From Tubulanus polymorphus (Eukaryota; Animalia; Nemertea), in NCBI RefSeq assembly GCF_964204645.1, contig NC_134026.1, positions 20,494,150 through 20,558,149 on the forward strand: DNA of 64,000 nucleotides, in the 5' to 3' direction. Of this stretch, positions 22,086-64,000 are shown piece after piece. How positions within the stretch are numbered: position 1 is the first letter of the stretch; each line of letters opens with the position of its first letter. The notes beneath the pieces were generated by a model. The model was not told the origin of the DNA. It did not search any database and worked only from the letters and a program-made list of their open reading frames with translations. Position numbers and translations under genes: made by a program.

Positions 22086-22816
22086 ATATAATACTGGCCA
22101 CGGTTTCAGACATACAAGATTAAACGAAAATGACCGAAATCAACCGGCGTTTTATGGAAAAAGCCTTATACAATTTCCTTTCAAAACGAATAGATCAACG
22201 AATCTTATTCTAGAATGTATAAAAAACGTATGTCAAAGAAATTGCGGGGATTTCAGACCTTGCAAATGAATAAAGGTGTATATCATAACCTTATTAATGC
22301 GAAAATTCGTTAACATAACCTCCTCAGGCACATTTATTCAGTGGAAGTATATCAAGGTAGATACTCCTAATTCTGTTCTTTGGAAACATTTGATTGACAC
22401 GGTCGTGAAATGTCAATCTACATCGTTCATATTTTTACCTACTATGCTGTCATTATATCTTGCATGAATGGAACATGCAATTTACGGCTTTCAATGCAAA
22501 GGCCAACATCTAGGCCGACAACTATAACTCTTGTTCAGGAAATTTTCAATCGAGATCGTGTCGAATGAAAAGTAAATTCCATGTGATGGTCACATGCGCA
22601 AGTATAGTTATACTCAAAAAAGTTTCTCATTGTATACCACGTGAATTCAAGCGTGAGGTGTACTTTAATTGCACAGGTCCCATACCTGTGTGGCCGGCCC
22701 TGTTTGCACCGGAGAAAGACCGTACAAATCGTAAATACGCTCACGTGTAGAACTTTGAAGATATTTCGTATCTTACCGCTCCCTTTTAAGCCGATGATGT
22801 ACAATGAGTACTACAT

Positions 22817-23145
22817 GGGCCAGTTGCTAAAAAGTTGGTTTTGATATAACCGTCTAATAAATACCATAAAATGAATTTCTAATTATTACTATTATCATTA
22901 TTAGTGTATTTATAGTGCCTGGATCCACATGATGTGCTCAAAGACACAATCAGATTTTAAACAAATAGATGTGTTTTTAGACGTCGTCTGAAGATCGCTG
23001 AACTGTCTGATGCCCTAACAGAGAGGGGAAGCTTATTCCACGTGCGTGGAGCAGCACAAGAAAAAGAGCGATCTTCAAATCTAATTGTAAACTCAATGTC
23101 AACTATCCACTTGTTAATTCAACCAACTTTTGAGCAACTGGCCTC
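22817..23145. mobile_element. MITE (GGCCAGTTGCT TIR family) interrupted by an L2-type LINE 3' end
   Basis: TIRs GGCCAGTTGCTAAAAAGTTGG / CCAACTTTTGAGCAACTGGCC; uninterrupted 113-bp relative at 54570-54682. Confidence 0.75.
22885..23079 (-). mobile_element. L2-type LINE 3' fragment
   Basis: Minus translation FEDRSFSCAAPRTWNKLPLSVRASDSSAIFRRRLKTHLFV*, then GCACTATAAAT and an (AAT)n-like tail; flanked by TCTAATT direct repeats. Confidence 0.85.
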
Positions 23146-24094
23146 ATATAGTGTACTTATTATGTATGCGTTTAAAATGTTCATAAATTCCGACTTATAC
23201 TATGAATATAACCAACTACGGAACGAATCACTGCTTTCACTGGTCGACGTGGTGGCTCGGGCCAAAATTGATTTGAATTTCGAGACGGTGGCTATACCTA
23301 GCAACTAATGTATTCCTAATTACACGATATTACGGGGATATTCTTTCACCGGGTGATATAGAAATTGACCATCAAAAGAAAGTGTTTCGAATGTTTATCT
23401 CACCGCGCATCAGGCTTTTCTGCGGGCCACGCAGTTTCATTTCATTAACGGAAGCCCGAGCGGTAGCGTGCGTCATTATCGCTAATTGAACTTGAATTTA
23501 AACATTTTCACCGCGCCGTGATATATGAACCGGCTTCGGATATCCGCGATCCGGCCCCGCGACCGAGCGCAGGAAGCGTATACACAATCGCGCGATAAAA
23601 TCTGTGTCTTCAGGCGACCACTAAATGGTGTTCGTAAACACTATCGCCGCGACGAATACATCTCCGCGCAATTATAATGGACCAACCGGCCGCCATAGCG
23701 CTTTTCGTCTCGGCTTGGCCGACACAACGATCGAACCCCGGTATAAGAGATGACGAGCCCGATAACCTCCGACAGTTCATAAGATCGCGTTTCGTATCTC
23801 TTAGGGGGTAAAATGCGAACAAAGGAAACGCCGAATAGATTTGTAGATATAATTTTTACTGAAACATAACCATTTCCATCAAATGAAAAGGGGGGCTTAT
23901 AGTCAAAAGATGTAGTTAAGGCCGTAAATAATATAAAACATAAAAAGGGTATTATCATTAAATTATGATTTCAACGATAAATCTAATGTGGTAATGGATA
24001 TAGAAGTGATTAAAATTATCATTATCATTACTATTAAAATTAAAGCAATGAATTGCTTGGTACCCTTGGCACTTCGATGGTTCTTCAACAATTT

Positions 24095-24480
24095 ATTTCC
24101 TCTTTATGAGATAGAGGACAAGGTCCATATTATCTTACATTGCCCTCAGTACAGGAATGCACGCTCCATACACATCCCAAGAAATGTCATTACACTCGCC
24201 AAAACGCGTATAAAGTTACCAAAGAATCGATTTAGCAAAATTTCTGAACAATGTCAAATATATGAAATCACTTTAATGAGTCTAGTTTATCTAATCTGAC
24301 CATTATATGTAATCACTTTGACTGATTTTGCATCAGGTTAACACGCGCTCCTGCTCAGCCCTTCTTAACTTGTATCATGTTAATGTTAAACTGTATCCGT
24401 CATGTGTTTATTACTTAAATTTGTGTGTCATACGATGATATTCTCTGACAATAAATAAATCATCATTGTCATTATTTTTA
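24095..24480 (+). mobile_element. LINE 3' fragment (RTEX/CR1-group C-terminal zinc-knuckle region plus 3' UTR)
   Basis: EIEDKVHIILHCPQYRNAR matches the ED-x2-H-x4-CP-x-Y motif; ends AATAAATAAATCATCATTGTCATT. Confidence 0.7.
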
Positions 24481-25264
24481 TCATCTATACTGCGAAATCT
24501 GAATCACTGATGCGTCTTTTAAAACGTATAAAATATAGAAAGTCGTGTTTTCTGTCCTGAATCCAATTCTCACGATAATAAGATTTTTCCTTTTACCGAC
24601 TGAAGGACATGATCACTAATATCAGGCGTTTTCAATTTAATTCCGAGGAATTTTGACAGCGACATTTTTATTTGTGTTTTCTGTTCTGTTTTGTTTTATT
24701 TTATTTTAGCTAAAGGCTTTAGCTTTAGACTTGAATCGTATATGGAACGAATCCTTCGACAATCGACAATCGTCCTTACACAGCTTTCATAGATACGTTA
24801 AATCATGCACTGTATATTAGAAACACAAAACTGCTCCCGTGTAAAAACTTTTCCTTTTAGGCAAACTCAGCACCAGATGTGAAGTACCGATTGCGCTCCC
24901 CTTGACGGAGAAACCCATCCTCATCGGAGCTGCACCGTCGATGTCATAAACTACACTTCGGATACCCAAGGACCATACTCTCATCTGGAAAATTTGCGTT
25001 TCGAAATGTGCTTCCTTTCTATCTAGTCGACACGCGGGATCATCAACTTAGAGCACTTCGACATCAACATCTACCCGAGAAAATAACTACAATAAACTAA
25101 CGGACTATTTACACGTAGAAAACGACCAAAAAAATATAAAAATGGACAAAATGATCTTCACCCTTGTAATTAGCTATTTCCAAAATCTTGATGTATTAAA
25201 TTAGGCAGCCAGAAAAATTCACCGCAATCAGTCGCTTGCCGTTTCAGACTGCTTGGAAGATTGT

Positions 25265-25499
25265 TTGAATGAACCGGAACCGAATTTCTAATTATGTACT
25301 TCGATTTAAAAAAGAAAATTCTGTAAATTAGACCGCCGAGCAAACAACTATATCTGTACTTCGATTTCCGAATTCAAAATCAAACCCCCTGTTTCGCTCC
25401 CGGCAGGTGTGGTGGGTCTGTAAGGGACACTCAGTCAAAAAATCTAACGAAATTTACAAACCAAATAAACAACAGGGACAATCCCTATTTTAAGATCAA
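25265..25499 (-). mobile_element. Dispersed ~230-bp retroposon-like repeat (inverted copy of 62591-62810)
   Basis: Near-identical reverse complement of 62591-62810, e.g. CCCCCTGTTTCGCTCCCGGCAGGTGTGGTGGGTCTGTAAGGGACACTCA. Confidence 0.85.
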
Positions 25500-26140
25500 A
25501 AAGACGTGTCGATTTTCGTGAAGATGTATATACGTATTTTCCGTCGTTTTTCCTGCTATCAAATTCGCATTTGCGCGGTATTTATTTGCGCCGTAATTGA
25601 ATTATAAGGCTCGCGTGCTTCTTGCATCTTGTGACGTCGAGAAGCCGTTGAGTGGTTTCCAAAGCCAGACAAAGTCGAATCTCCCGAAGAAACGACAGCG
25701 ATGACGCGATAACCGGCAAATTAATCAAATGATACCCTATAACTCGTTCAGATTAAGCGAAGTATTGCTGAAAATAGAGGGGTGGTTTGTACGGGTTCCT
25801 AGCATTGAAGCGCTCGACAGAAATTTGTCGGCGCATGAGCGGATAATGGGCTGTTTACGCGGAGCGCGTAGGGTGCGGTGTCAAAATATTAAGTCATAGC
25901 GTCATGCGCCGACACTCAACACGAGTGGTCGCGCTAATTCGTGTCGGATATCACAGCGTCAGATGATATTGATACGGACTGGCCAACGCATCGCCGTAAA
26001 CATTGTAGTGATTTGTTTTCAATTTGGTTATTGTTGTTCATCTATCACTATTTCAGTATATTAAACCAGTCGCCTCCGCTTTACTCTGTGAATACATCTG
26101 CGTCACCAGAGGGCGTTATTGCGAACAAACATATCACAAT

Positions 26141-28333
26141 AAGCCTTTTTACAGTTTCCAGGCGCCATTTTTTGGGTACCCACCGGGTCCGCATTGTTGA
26201 ATTTTTTGTCCCTATTTTTTCCCCGGTTAATATTTTTATTTCGTTCATATCTCTGGATTGGATAAAGATAGAAACAAAGTGAAAATATTGATTGACTCAG
26301 CTGATAATTAGTTTTTTTACTATGTTACTCAATCATAAAGTTAATGCAACAATGCGCGCTGGTGAGGTTATAAGCATTGATATCGTTTTCCCGATAATTC
26401 AACTTGAATTATTGCTCAGCTCATTCAAAAGTTCGTAATTCTTACAAATTTTAATCTACATTTTTGAAATTTTCAGGATCAATAGCCATCTATATGTGGT
26501 CTTATATACTTTTTACCGTTTTCAATTATCTTTATTAATTTTTAAGTAATTGCGAGTCAAACTTCCAAAACACGTTTTCCCGGGTCCCCTGGGTGCATCT
26601 TTATATCAGGAAATTTTACAATTTCACCGTTTCCTACTTTGTTGAAAATCAATTTATTAAGTAACCATGGAAATAAGGGCACCTAGGTTTTTGAAAAATG
26701 GTTATTAAAGATATATATTCTCTAGGATTTGTCAAAATAAACAAAATAACCCAGGTGTTGCTTTAACCAGCTACCTAGGTTCACAACAGATCATTTTGTC
26801 CAACGTGTTTCATTCGATTCCAAAACTGCACGTACGGGTATACGATTGCAAATGTGAAAGTCAGACATTATGTGGCACATGTATGAGAACCACAGTCTCA
26901 ATGCTGCGTCGCATTGACGTCGCAAATTTGCATGGCTACTTACGTGAAGTGGGCTAATACAGACCTTGTATGATCAAAACTGACTTAGAATTCGTGCCAA
27001 ATCTCAAAACAACTATCAAACACACGAGATCAATTTTGACAGAAAGTAAACGAATGTTATGTTCATCAATACATACTAATATATTCCAAAGTTCCAATCT
27101 TTCCAACACAATCGACTAAGCCTAATATATTCAAATTCAATTTGAAACACCTTCCAGCTCGTGTCACGATCAGTAATAAAGATCGAACATCGAACGTTCT
27201 CAAAAAAGCAAACCCGATCCAACGGTTTGCAAACGTCAAGTTTGACACAACCGTGGCTGCTTCCATTTGCGTGGAGCTGCTGCTGAAAATTCAAAAATGT
27301 AAATCGGGTACCGGTATTTAACTGAAGACCGAGCGCTCGCCATTACACCATGGTATTTCTGATGGTTAACTTTTGAGCAACTGGCTCCAGAATCACCTGC
27401 CAACGGCCATATTTCATTGATGCAATATACTGTGAAACGATATAATATAGACGGGAGATCAATGAAACTTAAATGCCTGACACTAAGACTTATTTCGACT
27501 TTTTTGACTATCTTAGATGATTGGGAGAGGGGTCCAAAAATAAGGACATTTTCCGTAGATTAAGGCTGTGAGTAGGGTGCCCCTCGGTGTTGAAACAAAT
27601 ACATCCAAAACAATTTAATTTGCAAGAGGATGAATGTTAGATTTGTAAGTTTTATGCGATCACTGTCTTGACAAAGATGGTAATCTTAATGGGAAGGAGC
27701 AGGGGTCCGGACTACCGACCCTCCAAACCCGTAGTCTGTCCCTGTGTTACTAGAAATATATCTCTATTTACCATTTTTTTTCAAATAACTAGGTGCCCTT
27801 GTTTCCATAGTTACTGAAAATTTTGATTTTAACAATGTAGGACCGGTTAAATTGGCAAATTTCTTGATATAAATATGCACACATTTTACTCTAGAAAACG
27901 TGTTTTGGAAGTTTGACTCGCAATTACTTAAAAACTAATAAAGATAATTAAAAACGGTAAAAGGTATATAAAACCACATATAGATGGCTATTGATCCTGA
28001 AAATTTCAAAAATGTAGATTAATATTTGTAAGAATTACGGACTTTTGAATGAGATGAGCAATAATTCAAGTTGAATTATCGGGAAGACGATATCAATGTT
28101 TATAACTTCACCAGCGCACATTGTTGCATTAACTTTATAAATGAGTGATATCATAAAAAAGTTTATTATCAGCCGAGTTCATCGATATTTCTACTTTGTT
28201 TCTATCTTAATCAAATCCAGAGATATGAACGAAATAAAAAAATTAAACCGGAGAAAAATAGGGACAAAAAATTCAACAATGCGGACCCGGCGGGTACCCA
28301 GAAAAATGGCGCCTGGAAACTGTAAAAAGGCTT
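26141..28333. mobile_element. Non-autonomous DNA transposon / foldback element with ~590-bp TIRs
   Basis: 26141-~26730 is the reverse complement of ~27745-28333; termini AAGCCTTTTTACAGTTTCCAGGCGCCATTTT. Confidence 0.9.
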
Positions 28334-28574
28334 ATTACTTAATGCTGTAAATAACAATAAACTAATCAAACTCGCTAGATTTGTAAATTCTGGTCTCGAG
28401 CTACCTAAGTAAATTTCATGTATACGTATCTGTTATGTCTACCATTATTGTTATGTGTATTTCTGTTTTCTTGTTTTTAAATTTAGTGAATTATAGATTT
28501 TTATTGTATAGATTCTTGTAACCTCTATATGCCAATGATTAATTAGAGAGAAATAAACCATTCTATTCTATTCT
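28334..28574 (+). mobile_element. LINE 3' end with (ATTCT)n tail, interrupted by the foldback element
   Basis: LLNAVNNNKLIKLARFVNSGLELPK*, then AATAAACC-ATTCTATTCTATTCT. Confidence 0.55.
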
Positions 28575-31347
28575 TCGACGAAAGGCATGCTCAGTGCGAC
28601 TGTTTTTGGCCGATAACTACCTAAGATGCTCTTAAGATGGTAAGGCGTTCGGACAGGCCGAGCAACAACTTAGTCGTCTTTTTCCGATTTACAAGAAAGA
28701 CAGTGGTTCCAGCACTTTTTAAAAAACTATGGTGACACCCTGCACTAATACACACACGAAGTAACTCCTATATCGAAAATGTGCGGGATTTCATGATCCA
28801 ATAATTTTGAGTGGTACCGGAATATTCCAGTACCCCCAACAGAGCCATTTCATGAATGAATTCTTGGTCATTCAATGTTCGATGAATATGTTGACCTTTC
28901 AGTCAAAAGATCGATCTTTTTCGCTTGTTTGGGAATTAGCGCAGCCGGAGAACGATGGTCATAATTTTCATAGATGTTGATTGAAGCTAGATTAAAACGA
29001 TTCAGCATACACATTTATATTTACAATCAATCGGCGATACGAATTCTGGCTCATTCTACTTTGAAGAATTAAGACCAGTCCACTTTTTCAGCCGGACGGA
29101 AGATTGATTACGTGAATCGGAATCGACGTCAAATCAAATCAACAATAAATAAGAGGGACGATGCATATTTCAAGATGAAAAAAATCGATGATTTCGGTTT
29201 AAGACACGATCTTGTTTTAATCAATACACGTAAGCCCTGGCTAGTAAACACTGAAACCAGTTTCTCCGCGTCTAGACATGGTAAAAACGCGTTAGAATGA
29301 ACAGTTCCAATCAAAGCGGTTTATTCTCAACCCGCGAGCCGGTTTGAAGCAGTATTTCGCCGGTTTAGACGCAATTTCCGAATAGGAAATTGCGCCGTTG
29401 CCGTAAATCTTTTGTAGAGGACTTTTTTCGAAGTTACAACAAAAATCATCACTTATTTACCAGTCCAGAACACATATCATGTATTCAGAAGTAATACAAA
29501 CTGGGGGATAATACAATCGAGACAGTAAGATTGCTAGTTTAAGTTACCAGATAATCAATTCTATCGCCTATGTGAATGGGAAGATCACTAGATTCATAAG
29601 ACCATTCTCATTGAATTATTGTTGAATGTCGAGCTGTCGAAAAACAATACGCCATCTGTCGGAAGCTTTTGTCGACGTTTGCGGTGCCTCCAGAGCGCGA
29701 CGTCGACGAGTTACAAGCATGGCATCAACTCATTCGTCACCTGGTGGACGAAAACGTCGATCTCTGGGAAAATATCGCGCAGAATTTTGATTGATAATCC
29801 GCTGTTGAGGCAATCGTTCCGTTGCTGTGGAAAGTAATGTCAACTTAAACAATTCAACCTTATTTCAATTTACATCATGTATAATTCTAGCCAATTTTTT
29901 TAATACAATATCTATTTTTTATTTCATTTAAATCTTACAAAAATTATTTTGATTGTTAACACTTACATAGCAATTTAAACAATATATATAAAATAATGGA
30001 AGCAGAGCAAGCCGAAATGCTTTTCTATGATTAAACGGCTTTGTGCTCACATGTATGATGTGCTGATGAGAGCCCGGGATGAGAAACCCTTAATTTCCCT
30101 CCACTTCAAGGTCAAGCAATACGGGCGTTTTTCACGATCGCATGAGAAATGGCATTCGTCATCTTTCGTTTTTATCACAGGGGCTCGTAGTTGAGGTTTG
30201 GTGTGAATAGTGACTTAGATCCTCCATTATTCCCGCAACTGTATTCTTAAAAAAAAGCGTGGCACGAGACTCCACGATTCTAATAACCACTTCATACCTA
30301 GAGGATTTCCGTGAGATCTTTTACAATTTTTCACAACATGCTGAATTATCAAAATGTTTCTATGGTTAAAAGCCATTTGGCAACGAAATGGCCTTCATCT
30401 ACGAGTCCCTGTGGTTCTTGTGATATGTAAGATTGTCAGTAGATGGCGCATTAGTAAATCCACTTACAATAGCTAACAAGACGCGAAAGAAAGAAAAGGT
30501 CGCATTGATAAAAATAATCGTGGTCCGGATATTTTATTACCATTTTGATATATTTCATGTGCATTAAATTTGCTTTTATTGGCAGTTGAACAAAGGCGCA
30601 AAGAACAAGAATATAGGTTGACTTTTACGTAGCTATGTATATATGCGTTTGTTCCAAACACGAGTACTTTCGAACATTTTATTCCGGTTGGAAAATTTTG
30701 TCGACTGCCGGAGATCGACTTTCCTCAAATTTAATCGATTTCTTTTGTTTACACGGACAATAATCGGGAGCGATAGCGCAAACATTATCGACTACCAAAT
30801 GGGGTCAATCGTAAACGGTCGAACCGTACGAAAACGAATGGCGAATGGAATGCTGATGATACTAATCGCGCGTTTGGTATAGAATGATCTATAAACACTC
30901 GCAGGCGCTACCGTAATCCCATAAATAAATCCATACCGACGACTAGGCCTACTTACCTGTTGGTGATTGGATAAAACGAAGATCGATTATCAACGACCAA
31001 TACTGTTTCATTACTCGGTTAAACGCCGGCGACACTGCAGTTTCGCGCACGTTCGGAAATCGGGTGGAAGTTTAGTTTCGCGTGCCGGGGAGAATGTCGT
31101 CGCTGTTCTCCAATAGCGTTGGTATCATTGTTCGCGATTAACGCCGGCGCCGCACACTTCTACTCATCACCAGCAACTTTGACACCGGTAATCGACGACG
31201 ACCGCGCAGCAGCCGACCAGGCCGAGATTGGACTGACGATGCGAATGCATACTCGCCGTTGCTCTCTTTTTAATTAATTACAATCGGCAATAATCGCTAT
31301 CGATTAGGACGATTACAGTTTACGCGTGGGGTAGTTGTTGCTTCGAT

Positions 31348-63412
<32,065 letters not shown>

Positions 63413-63472
63413 ATGTATCTCATAATGAGGAGAACGGTGCACAAATCTCGACTCTAAGAAGAGTCGGTCACA

Positions 63473-63478
63473 AATAAA
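63473..63478 (+). terminator. Candidate polyadenylation signal of the M13 peptidase gene
   Basis: AATAAA about 60 nt after the TGA. Confidence 0.55.
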
Positions 63479-64000
63479 GTGGCTTCTTTGTTTTCATAGC
63501 GTTTATCATAAATCAGAAACTGCACAACTAATACATGTATATTTCATTGAGAGTGATAGAACATAACCTTTTGCGGCGTGAACTCTGCGAATTGATATAA
63601 ATAATCACGATTGCAAGTGGAACGACTTTCTTTCTTAGGAAATGATAAATTCCGAGCGTGCATCGTCTTTTTAACTATGGACCAAGATCGCGAAAGATCT
63701 TTCAAGTTTCTATCGGAACAACGATTTTTGAGGCTGCATTTTGAAGATCCGTGATGTCTTTTGTCGCGAATATAAAAAGACACCGTCCGGAAAGTGAAGC
63801 TATGACGTTACCTGACGTCATAGCCTCCTATTATGTAAAGCCCACAATCATATATATGAAGATATGTAGACCAAGCGTTCTACCGGAGCCTATGTTTTGC
63901 ATCAGTGATGAAAAAAAGATTTAAAAGATTACATGTTATACCTGATGTAATATATTTTATAATTTTGTATCTGTTATTCATCAGTGCCCGAAGCGTTTGG

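Noticed and set aside
30063-30088. CTGATGA...GAAAC hammerhead-like spacing
   Set aside because: No stem II can be formed between the boxes and there is no stem I or cleavage triplet.
19120-31188. Identical 14-mer AACTTTGACACCGG at 19120-19133 and 31175-31188 in CpG-rich segments
   Set aside because: Several chance 14-mer matches are expected among all position pairs in 64 kb; no extended similarity.

Overview
AT-rich, intron-rich eukaryotic DNA, most likely from a marine invertebrate (gene content and repeat types look lophotrochozoan-like; the species cannot be determined from the sequence). Three protein-coding genes can be assembled by hand from phase-consistent GT-AG exons. (1) A secreted Cys-rich multidomain protease-inhibitor-like protein (antistasin, WAP, three thyroglobulin type-1 repeats, a Met-rich stretch) on the minus strand, running off the left edge. 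(2) The photoreceptor C2H2 zinc-finger factor glass on the minus strand, 3 coding exons. (3) A 20-exon type II membrane M13 neprilysin/ECE-like metallopeptidase on the plus strand. Two tRNA-Asn(GTT) genes lie upstream of glass. The non-coding DNA is rich in self-complementary elements: a recurrent palindromic repeat carrying back-to-back minimal hammerhead-ribozyme motifs on opposite strands, a 468-bp near-perfect hairpin in a glass intron, two related long-TIR foldback elements with an apparent 2-bp AT duplication (one nested in an older copy of itself), a TIR element carrying a decayed intron-containing Ulp1 (SUMO protease)+PHD gene with tRNA-like segments in its arms, a retroposon whose 16-bp TSD duplicated a splice donor, and a candidate ~350-nt structured ncRNA next to a tRNA gene. 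All folds and alignments were done by eye and need computational confirmation.
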